From Candidatus Micrarchaeota archaeon (GTDB taxonomy: Archaea > Micrarchaeota > Micrarchaeia > Micrarchaeales > CABMGC01), in assembly GCA_028867435.1 (NCBI GenBank), contig JAGWGI010000002.1, positions 700-64,699 of the forward strand: a stretch of DNA of 64,000 nucleotides. Direction: 5' to 3'. Every line of letters starts with the position of its first letter. Within the stretch, counting starts at the first letter, position 1. The translations under genes and the position numbers were made by a program. The notes beneath the pieces are model-generated. The model saw only the letters and a program-made list of their open reading frames with translations, had not been told where the DNA came from and ran no database searches. Shown in pieces: positions 16,505 to 23,823 of the stretch.

Positions 16505-17296
16505 ATGAAGAACGTTAATAAAGATGGCCTGAATGTTACCTGTATGAAACTCTGGGGAATCGGCCAAAAGGGAAAGGACCAAAATGCCGAGGTGGTGGCC
16601 AAGGCAAAAGAGCAGCTAGGCATGCCCATACTAGATATACTCAAGCTGAGGCGCTTTGATGTACCAGAGCCAATGAAGATACTGTCGCCTGATTTCCGCT
16701 TCAGGTTTAACCAGTACGAGCATCTCAAACAGTACTACAACACCCACCTATTCAACAGTCCTGCAACTGAAGAGTTTAGTGATAAGAAGCTAAACGAGAT
16801 TGCAACAAGGTATTCCAGCGAGCTTGCGCTGCTCAGATGGAAATCTAGGGAACAGGGGTATCTTGCAATGCTACCAATCAAGCAGGAAGTTAGGAAGATA
16901 GTGGGCGACTTTCTCTTCGAGGTAATAGATAGGCATATCAAGTCAACAAAGAGGCTTTACCGTGGCGTAGAATTTTCTAGCAGAGAGCAGATGAACGACT
17001 ACTTCAACTCGAAGAAGATGCAGGGCAAATCGACCATGCGCAGCGTTATGTCAGTTAGCGCATTTGAGGACGTAGCAAATGCTTTCGCATCTAACTCAAA
17101 ATTTGGGGCAGTGACAGTATTCGATGCAAATTCTATTGTTTATGGACCGGTGCCATACATGTCGAGTCTTAGCGGCTACAACTGCACTATGACCGAAGGC
17201 ATATTCTTCAGGGTAGAGGCTGAGGTCAGGGTACTGCAAGTGCCTGAAAACAATATTGTGGAAGTCAGGCCTGTCGTACGCGCTGCGGCAGTGTAG
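16505..17296 (+). CDS. Hypothetical protein with a C-terminal ADP-ribosyltransferase-like R-S-E motif set
   Basis: The ORF is clear. The first ATG is at 16505; the ORF-track start at 16487 is a TTG. The ordered motifs are 'KRLYRGVEF', 'RSVMSVSAF' and 'FFRVEAEVRVL'. There is no signal peptide or TM helix. The functional call is tentative. Confidence 0.45.
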   Translation: MKNVNKDGLNVTCMKLWGIGQKGKDQNAEVVAKAKEQLGMPILDILKLRRFDVPEPMKILSPDFRFRFNQYEHLKQYYNTHLFNSPATEEFSDKKLNEIATRYSSELALLRWKSREQGYLAMLPIKQEVRKIVGDFLFEVIDRHIKSTKRLYRGVEFSSREQMNDYFNSKKMQGKSTMRSVMSVSAFEDVANAFASNSKFGAVTVFDANSIVYGPVPYMSSLSGYNCTMTEGIFFRVEAEVRVLQVPENNIVEVRPVVRAAAV

Positions 17297-17297
17297 C

Positions 17298-17543
17298 TCA
17301 GTTTATGGCGTCGTACTTCTTGAGGATCCTATCTGCCTCGTCAAGATGCCCCTGCACAGAACTGAAGTCCTTGTAGTGCAAAAACGAAAAGAGCCTTTGC
17401 AGCTTGAACTTGAGCTGGGTTAGCTCCTTTCTCCGCCTTCTCATATACACATAGTGGTTCATCATTTGATCCCTAGTTCTTTTAGGCATGCGGCGCTCGC
17501 CCCGGTTCGCAATAGATTTTGCTGCTTGGAGTGGTATTGTCAA
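17298..17543 (-). CDS. Small basic helical hypothetical protein (63-81 aa)
   Basis: ORF with a TTG at 17543 or an ATG at 17489 ('MPKRTRDQMMNHYVYMRRRRKELTQLKFKL...'). It converges on the upstream gene with 1 nt between the stop codons. Confidence 0.35.
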   Translation of the reverse strand: MTIPLQAAKSIANRGERRMPKRTRDQMMNHYVYMRRRRKELTQLKFKLQRLFSFLHYKDFSSVQGHLDEADRILKKYDAIN

Positions 17544-17671
17544 ACGCGCTGGTCATTACGCAGTTCATAGCAAGCCTAAATACATCTTTTTGATTGCTCT
17601 TTAAAAGGCTATAGAATAATTCGTTAAAGAGCGTATTAATGAACGTCTATTGTTTAACTTGACGCCGCAGC

Positions 17672-18766
17672 TCAGACGCTTCCCTGTGGGATCTGGGCGC
17701 CATTAGTTGATAGGAAGAGGGTGTAGGAGGCACCTACAAAGCTCTTGCCACTACTGTCGTTGAGCCAGGTCATCACTGTATACTCCCCTGCTCCGTACTG
17801 TGAGGTTAGGTTCTTTAGGCCAAATGAGATGTCGATTCCCCCGTCTTGGGACGAGTAGCTGTCTGCAACAATTGTATCTATGCCCTGATAGTAGTACCTT
17901 GGGCTCTGCACCACACCTGCTACGATCTTGCCGTAGCCGTACTCTTTTGTATTGTCCAGCTGCGTCCTTGACATGCCAGCCACCAGCGGGTCGTAGGCAA
18001 CTTGTATGTAGGAGAGGGTGGCGCCTGAGAGCAGGGTTCCCAAGAGGTGTACAGAGCCGCTAGGGCCAGAATAGCTAGGCGTACCGCCGTTCCAGTTTAT
18101 GTAGCTATCGATGAAGTCCTCGACGAAGTAGATGGTGCTCAAGTTGTAGGCTATCCCTATGCTCACCTGGGTGTGATACGGATTTAGGATGTTGTCCCGA
18201 TGTCCGTTGTTGCAGCATGCGGAGTCGTTGTACATCATGCTGTACTCCATCTTCTCTAGCGCCGCCTTTGGCTCAAGAGTGCCGCTGCAGATGCTAAGCA
18301 CGCACTGCGAACTTGACTGGTAGGCTATGTTCTCGCTCACAGCCCCAGTCCCGCCCAGCAGTGTGTAGCGCATGTAGGGCTTTAGGCCCCAGATGTCCCA
18401 GTGGCTGAAGTAGTTATTGTCGAGCATGCTCTGCGCGTGCTGCTGGCCTGAGCTCTCGCTTGAGAGTGTGACATTGGACAGCCCGTACTGCTGCCTGTCT
18501 TGGTTTATCAGGGAGAGCGCATAGTAGTAGAGGCTCTGATTTGACTGGTTTGATTGTTCAAAGGTGGTTGTCTGGACCGTAGTTGTATTCGTCGAGCTTG
18601 TGATTGCGCCGCCGCCAGAAACAGGATGGAACGTGGTGGTGGGCTGGGATGGAAATTGCGTGGTGGTAGAATTGCCATATTGGGTTATGGGATGCAGCAC
18701 TAGAACGTATGCACCTGCTGCTACAAGCACCAGAACCACTATTGCAACAGCAATGCCATTTGCCAA
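17672..18766 (-). CDS. Membrane-anchored CAP/SCP (PR-1-like, YkwD-type) domain protein
   Basis: TTG start. N-terminal anchor 'IAVAIVVLVLVAAGAYVLVL' and a Thr-rich linker. CAP motifs 'INQDRQQYGL', 'AQSMLDNNYFSHW', 'SENIAY' and 'GHRDNILNPYHTQVSIGIAY'. Confidence 0.75.
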   Translation of the reverse strand: MANGIAVAIVVLVLVAAGAYVLVLHPITQYGNSTTTQFPSQPTTTFHPVSGGGAITSSTNTTTVQTTTFEQSNQSNQSLYYYALSLINQDRQQYGLSNVTLSSESSGQQHAQSMLDNNYFSHWDIWGLKPYMRYTLLGGTGAVSENIAYQSSSQCVLSICSGTLEPKAALEKMEYSMMYNDSACCNNGHRDNILNPYHTQVSIGIAYNLSTIYFVEDFIDSYINWNGGTPSYSGPSGSVHLLGTLLSGATLSYIQVAYDPLVAGMSRTQLDNTKEYGYGKIVAGVVQSPRYYYQGIDTIVADSYSSQDGGIDISFGLKNLTSQYGAGEYTVMTWLNDSSGKSFVGASYTLFLSTNGAQIPQGSV

Positions 18767-18840
18767 AATACCACTAAGACAATGATAATGCTAATCTGCA
18801 CTATAAAAAATTATGTGCGTGTCCTAGTGGGCAGGCCATT

Positions 18841-19365
18841 CTATATCCCGAACTCCTTTTTTACCTTTGCAATCTTGGGCCTTATGACAAACATGCAGTA
18901 GGGCTGCAGGGGATTTAATTTGTAGTAGTCTTTATGGTAATCTTCAGAAGGATAGAAAGTATCGAGCTTTTTGACCTGGGTTGCTATGGGCTTCTTGAAG
19001 TTGCCAGCAATGCTTTTTATGTAGGCCTCTATCACTCCCCGCTCTTTCTCGTCAGTGTATAGTACTATTGAACGATACTGAGATCCCACATCTGCGCCCT
19101 GCTGGTTCACCGAAGTGGGGTCGTGCGATGCAAAAAATATTTCCAGGAGCTTGTCAAGACTTGCCACCTCGGGATTGTATTCCACTTCGAGCACTTCTGC
19201 ATGTCCGGTAGTTCCGCTGCACACCTGCTCATACGTAGGACTCTTCGTGGTTCCTCCAGCATAGCCAGGCGTTGTCTTGACTACGCCCTCAAACATGTCA
19301 AATACCGCCTGCGTGCACCAAAAGCACCCGCCGCCAAAAACTATTATTTTATTTTTATTTTGCAT
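18841..19365 (-). CDS. msrA: Peptide methionine-S-sulfoxide reductase MsrA
   Basis: 'FGGGCFWCTQAVF', 'GYAGG', 'GHAEVLEVEYNP' and 'DPTSVNQQGADVGSQYRS'. Confidence 0.9.
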   Translation of the reverse strand: MQNKNKIIVFGGGCFWCTQAVFDMFEGVVKTTPGYAGGTTKSPTYEQVCSGTTGHAEVLEVEYNPEVASLDKLLEIFFASHDPTSVNQQGADVGSQYRSIVLYTDEKERGVIEAYIKSIAGNFKKPIATQVKKLDTFYPSEDYHKDYYKLNPLQPYCMFVIRPKIAKVKKEFGI

Positions 19366-19741
19366 CCTTATCCTTGCCCTTGCCCTTTGGAATGAATTTG
19401 AGCGAGATTGAGTTCACACAGTGGCGCGTGTTAGTCTTGGTAAATCTCTCTCCCAAAAACACGTGTCCCAGATGCGCACCGCAATTCGCGCACTCTATCG
19501 CGGTCCTCACCCCGTCTGGATCAGGCGCACTCTTGACTGCACCCTTTATCTCCTGATCAAAGCTAGGCCAGCCGCACCTTGCATCGAACTTGCTTTCAGA
19601 TTTGTATAGCGGTGCGCCGCATCTCCTGCAAACGTATGTTCCTTCCTCAAAGAGGTTGTCGTACTCTCCGGTGAAAGGCATTTCTGTGCCTTTATGCACA
19701 ATCACATTTTCCTCTTCTTTGGTTAGTTTGTTGAGTTTCAC
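19355..19741 (-). CDS. msrB: Peptide methionine-R-sulfoxide reductase MsrB
   Basis: GTG start. Zinc CxxC pairs 'CRRCGAPLY' and 'CANCGAHLGHVF', plus 'GWPSF' and the catalytic 'RHCVNS'. It overlaps msrA by 11 nt. Confidence 0.9.
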   Translation of the reverse strand: MKLNKLTKEEENVIVHKGTEMPFTGEYDNLFEEGTYVCRRCGAPLYKSESKFDARCGWPSFDQEIKGAVKSAPDPDGVRTAIECANCGAHLGHVFLGERFTKTNTRHCVNSISLKFIPKGKGKDKDAK

Positions 19742-19842
19742 AATTTATTTTTCCACCCAGAGTATATAAATAATCGGGAAAAAATTGGGAAGAGCCATCT
19801 TCGGAAAAAGTTTTATATGCAAGAGGTGCAAATGGCAACCAT

Positions 19843-20217
19843 ATGGTCAGGAGCTGGATAGTGCAGGCTGCTTTGCTTGTTTATGGGATAGGTTCGGTGA
19901 TTGCATTTTACAAAAACAACTTGCTGGTTTTTGCGCTCCTATCCTTGGGGGCTGCAATTGAGCTGTATTTGTGGCACGAGAGGAAGGACGTCATCACTTT
20001 TATTGCTGGGGCGATAGTAGGACCGCTGAGCGAGATAGCCTCAGTGCATTTTGGGGTCTGGTCTTATGCCAATCCCTCTTTTCTTGGGATACCCATATGG
20101 CTGTTCCCAACATGGGGTTTTGCAATACTATGGGGAAGAAGGTTTGTGAAGGAGATTTATTCGGGCGAAGGCGGTTCGCGTAGAGGATTTAGGCATGCGA
20201 AATCAAAAGCGAAATAG
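19843..20217 (+). CDS. Small integral membrane protein (3-4 TM helices), function unknown
   Basis: Hydrophobic segments 'IVQAALLVYGIGSVIAF', 'LLVFALLSLGAAIELYLW', 'ITFIAGAIVGPLSEI' and 'IPIWLFPTWGFAILW'. A TATA-like TTTTATAT lies at 19811-19818, about 25 nt before the ATG. Confidence 0.5.
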   Translation: MVRSWIVQAALLVYGIGSVIAFYKNNLLVFALLSLGAAIELYLWHERKDVITFIAGAIVGPLSEIASVHFGVWSYANPSFLGIPIWLFPTWGFAILWGRRFVKEIYSGEGGSRRGFRHAKSKAK

Positions 20218-20364
20218 GTACAAAGCGTTCGGTCGTATTTTTAGGTCTTGATCCCACGCGGAGGGCATCAAGGGTATACCAAATAAAGCGCTTGAAACTG
20301 AATGAAAACGTTCAGCTACGGCACGTATAAATAACATCTTTCTTCATCTTTCTAGTGGTTGTGC

Positions 20365-21114
20365 ATGAAGGAGAAGGTGGAAATTAACAAGGGCGGAGCG
20401 CAGATAGGCCTCGAAGAGCTTCGCAGGAAACTTAATCAATTCACTATCGGAACAGTATACAATCTGAGCGAAAGATCACATCTGAAGCTAAACGGCCAGG
20501 TCTACATACCTCAAGGGATCAAGCTATTTGGTATCGGGGAAAGGCCCCTCTCATTTCTGCAGTTTCAGATGGAGAACCTAGAAAATTACTTTGCACTAGG
20601 TGGCAGATACGAATATGGTGACCAGTATCCATTCTCAGATAATCCTCCGCTAAGAAGTCTGGTAAAGAGGGTGGGAACCGAAACCAATATCGTTAATGTG
20701 CCGATAAAAATCGGGGGCGAACTGATGAAACTCTATCTGAGCGTGCTGCCGCAGCTCTGCGACCAAGGAGAGGATCCGAGAACATACGAACAGACGGTGC
20801 ATATAGACGCATTGATGCTCCACTACATGCATGAGAGGATAAACACATTTGGCAGGTACATAGCAGACGCAAAGCTCAAGGCTCATCCAGAGTTAGTCAA
20901 TTACACTACAAAACCGGATGAGATGATAAAAATACTCAAGGATGAGAGGAGGAAGAATGAAGTTGTGGGGTTTGCTAAACAGTGGGCATTGAACTTTCAG
21001 GTGAAAACAGAGCCCGTTGTTGCAATCATCAATGGGATAATAGAGATGACCATGAAGGTGGAGGTGGCATATATACAGAAGCTCGATGCGCGCACTAACC
21101 TCTCCAACACGTAG
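20365..21114 (+). CDS. Hypothetical protein (249 aa)
   Basis: A clean ORF. The first ATG is at 20365; the ORF-track start at 20359 is a TTG. 'GTATAAATAA' lies about 35 nt upstream. I recognise no motif. Confidence 0.5.
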   Translation: MKEKVEINKGGAQIGLEELRRKLNQFTIGTVYNLSERSHLKLNGQVYIPQGIKLFGIGERPLSFLQFQMENLENYFALGGRYEYGDQYPFSDNPPLRSLVKRVGTETNIVNVPIKIGGELMKLYLSVLPQLCDQGEDPRTYEQTVHIDALMLHYMHERINTFGRYIADAKLKAHPELVNYTTKPDEMIKILKDERRKNEVVGFAKQWALNFQVKTEPVVAIINGIIEMTMKVEVAYIQKLDARTNLSNT

Positions 21115-21237
21115 GAAAAGGTTCTAAACGAATGGTACACAAGCAATATAAACGGCTGGTGGATAATATATATGGTGCGCACATGCAAGACGGAACAGAC
21201 AAGGGAAAATTAGGAGCAATTTCTGCAGGGATAATGA

Positions 21238-21960
21238 ACGAGTCTGTTTCGCGCCGGTGGCAGCTCTAGCAAGAAGATAGGGATTCTTGGAGGCATAGGA
21301 CCAGAAGCTACAGGTAATTTCTACCTTAGGCTTATAGCAAGGCTTCAGGGGACCGGAAGGATAGAGTCGAACACTGATTTTCCACAGATACTGGTAAACA
21401 GCATTCCTGCACCAGAATTAGTAGGAGAGCATACAACCGGCAAGGAACTTGCCCCGTACTTCAAGGGGCTTATTGAACTGGAAGCGGCAAATGTGGATTT
21501 TATTGCAATGGCATGCAACACCATACACCTCCATCATAAGATGCTGCAAAGCCGGATACGTACCCCGATAATAGATTTGAGGGAGGAGCTAAGGCTATTC
21601 ATGTGGGGCAGGGGCGTCGGTTCAATGGTTGTATTAGGTACACCGCAGACAATGCGAAAAGGGTTGTACAGGCTGGAAGGCGTAAAATACTACGAGCTTG
21701 AAGAGATGGAAGCCAAGGAAATTGGAGAGGCGATATCTAACTTCAACTCGGGCTTAGATAGACAGGGTGCGGCGCGCCGAGTTGATGCAGTTGCAAGGAA
21801 GTACGTTGGCCTTGGCGCAGAGGTTGTAGTACTCGGATGCACCGAAATCTCGCTAATGCTTCTGGAGAGCAGGTTCGACAAGGTGGATACCATGGACGTA
21901 CTTGTCGATGCTGTTTTGAGGAATGTTTACGGAAAAAACGCGGAAATCAGCCGAAAGTGA
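21238..21960 (+). CDS. Aspartate/glutamate racemase family protein; start codon unresolved (possible frameshift)
   Basis: The frame is open from 21238 and encodes 'KKIGILGGIGPEATGNFY', the first catalytic Cys 'AMACNTIH' and the second 'VVLGCTEIS'. There is no ATG, GTG or TTG in frame before the GTG at 21493. The only nearby ATG (21234) is in another frame and terminates at 21267. Confidence 0.65.
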   Translation, partial: TSLFRAGGSSSKKIGILGGIGPEATGNFYLRLIARLQGTGRIESNTDFPQILVNSIPAPELVGEHTTGKELAPYFKGLIELEAANVDFIAMACNTIHLHHKMLQSRIRTPIIDLREELRLFMWGRGVGSMVVLGTPQTMRKGLYRLEGVKYYELEEMEAKEIGEAISNFNSGLDRQGAARRVDAVARKYVGLGAEVVVLGCTEISLMLLESRFDKVDTMDVLVDAVLRNVYGKNAEISRK

Positions 21961-23017
21961 AGGTGTACATTCTAAATCCTGGCTTTGCATCTATCTCGAT
22001 CTCGTGTATGCCGTATGATGGACCAGCAATTACATTGTATAGCCTTGACGCATTTATTGTAACAGTGGCAGTTCCATTTACAAGCCTGTCATCGGCGCCA
22101 TAGTATGACTGGGGCAGATCTGTGCCGTTGAGAAAAATAGAGATACTTGAGTTGCCTGCTGCGACCAAGTCGACGTTCTTGGCATCGTAGACGAAGATGA
22201 TCTTCGAATTGTTGACTGCGACTATGCTGTCTGGTGTGCTGTACCACTCGCCAGAGAGGTATGCGGTGTTGACTAGTATTGAATTAGGCAGAATGTAATT
22301 GGTAGTTCCATTCAATGTTGCCTTCTGTGTGTTCCCATTTGGAGTCTGGTGCTCAAGGGAGGTGAAGTACCCGAAATACGTTTCAGGGCTCCTGATGCCG
22401 CTGAAGTTGGTGGTGCTTGTTACGTTGATTTTGCCGGCGCTCACGTTGTAGCCTGCGTTCTCGAGAAGCTCCTGTATGACCTTCTCTGTCTGGTTGTAGT
22501 TTCCTTCCCCGATCTGGGCGTACCTGACATCGCCATTCTTGTCTATCAGGTAATCGGCTGGCCATGCGTTGTTCTGGTATGCAAGCCATGTGGAGTAGTT
22601 GTTGTCCATCGCAACGGGATACAGTATCCCGAACTTCTTCACCGCATTTGCAACGTTGGTGTAGTTGTGCTCAAATGCAAACTCAGGCGTATGCACCCCT
22701 ATTATCACAAGCCCCTCACTGTGGTACTTTGCATACCAGGCATTGAGATAGGGAATAGTGCGTATGCAGTTTATGCAAGAGTATGTCCAGAAATCCACCA
22801 GCACCACCTTCCCCTTAAGGCTGCTAATGTTGAGGGGCTGGGAGTTTATCCAGTGGGATATGCCCTGTATGTTTGGTGCAGGGCCTCCGTTAGGCAGGTT
22901 GGAGAGCGAGACGTTTCTAACCTCCGGATTTACGTTGAAAAAAAGAGTCGACAGTGCTGCAAGCACTATAAGTACGCCTATTATTCCAAATGCAATTATG
23001 TATATGCTAAATTTCAT
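21947..23017 (-). CDS. Secreted/anchored thioredoxin-like (TlpA/redoxin) protein with a C-terminal beta-sandwich, like the DipZ C-terminal part
   Basis: N-terminal anchor 'IYIIAFGIIGVLIVLAAL'. 'KGKVVLVDFWTYSCINCIRTIPYL' (CxxC), 'VIGVHTPEF' and 'WPADYLIDKNGDVRY'. A sequon-rich C-terminal domain ends in 'YTFTFG'. It has a 4-nt overlap with ccdA. Confidence 0.75.
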   Translation of the reverse strand: MKFSIYIIAFGIIGVLIVLAALSTLFFNVNPEVRNVSLSNLPNGGPAPNIQGISHWINSQPLNISSLKGKVVLVDFWTYSCINCIRTIPYLNAWYAKYHSEGLVIIGVHTPEFAFEHNYTNVANAVKKFGILYPVAMDNNYSTWLAYQNNAWPADYLIDKNGDVRYAQIGEGNYNQTEKVIQELLENAGYNVSAGKINVTSTTNFSGIRSPETYFGYFTSLEHQTPNGNTQKATLNGTTNYILPNSILVNTAYLSGEWYSTPDSIVAVNNSKIIFVYDAKNVDLVAAGNSSISIFLNGTDLPQSYYGADDRLVNGTATVTINASRLYNVIAGPSYGIHEIEIDAKPGFRMYTFTFG

Positions 23018-23733
23018 TTTCTCGCCTCTTCAGATGTAGTGCCAGCCATGTATGAGAAATATGCCGGCAGCAAGGGAAGTATGCATGGTGAGAGGAAGGT
23101 CAGTACACCCGCCACAAGGGCAAGCAGGAAGTTGAGCTGTGTTGAGACTGACATCATGCCCTGCGGGCCGACAAGGAAGAGTGCTAGTATGCCTATATAG
23201 TTCGTTAGCACCAGGATGCCTATCCCGATCAAAAATAACCCGCTGACGATGTTGAAGTACTTGAGGAAGCCCCTGATTTTCTCAAGGAATATGGCGATCT
23301 TTGAGGTGAATGCCCCAAATATCAAAAATGGTATTCCAAGCCCAAGGGAATATGCCAAAAGCAGCAGGAAGCCGGTTCCTGGGGATGTCGCGGCAAGGGT
23401 GTATATTGAGCCGAGTATCGCACCAACGCATGGAGTCCAGCCGATCGCAAATGCGATCCCGAATACGAGCGCAGAGAGGTAGCTGCTCCTGAGCTTCTTT
23501 ACCTTCATCTTGTATTCGCTTGTGAAGAAGGGTATGAAATATTTGACAGAGGCGATTAGGAGTATCCCGAATATTATTATCACCGCTCCGCCTATCACCC
23601 GAAGTGTGCCTGAGATCTCGAGGGCGATATGCGACAGGATTGTCTGTAGGAGTATGCCAAGAATTGAGAAGACAAGGGCGAAACCTAACACGAAGAATAT
23701 GGAGTTTACGAAGATTATCTCCTGCCTTTCCAT
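23014..23733 (-). CDS. ccdA: CcdA/DsbD-type transmembrane thiol:disulfide electron transporter
   Basis: Six-TM protein carrying the two conserved cysteines in 'FLSPCILPLLPAYFSY' and 'GWTPCVGAILGSI'. Confidence 0.85.
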   Translation of the reverse strand: MERQEIIFVNSIFFVLGFALVFSILGILLQTILSHIALEISGTLRVIGGAVIIIFGILLIASVKYFIPFFTSEYKMKVKKLRSSYLSALVFGIAFAIGWTPCVGAILGSIYTLAATSPGTGFLLLLAYSLGLGIPFLIFGAFTSKIAIFLEKIRGFLKYFNIVSGLFLIGIGILVLTNYIGILALFLVGPQGMMSVSTQLNFLLALVAGVLTFLSPCILPLLPAYFSYMAGTTSEEARK

Positions 23734-23823
23734 CAGTATCCAAGTAAGAGATGAAACTGAAGGCTATTAAATATATTGACGCCGTTTGTACATGCCAGCC
23801 AATGGCGCTGATAATCCCAGGGC

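Noticed and set aside
1774-17631. A possible family of intergenic hairpins with 8-bp stems and 18-19-nt loops (1774-1807, 7112-7146, 17597-17631).
   Set aside because: The three share geometry but no sequence similarity. One 8-bp inverted repeat with 30 nt or less of spacing is expected by chance in a few percent of ~130-bp spacers, so three among ~40 spacers is not clearly enriched. Only the 11-bp repeat at 60960-61004 stands out statistically.
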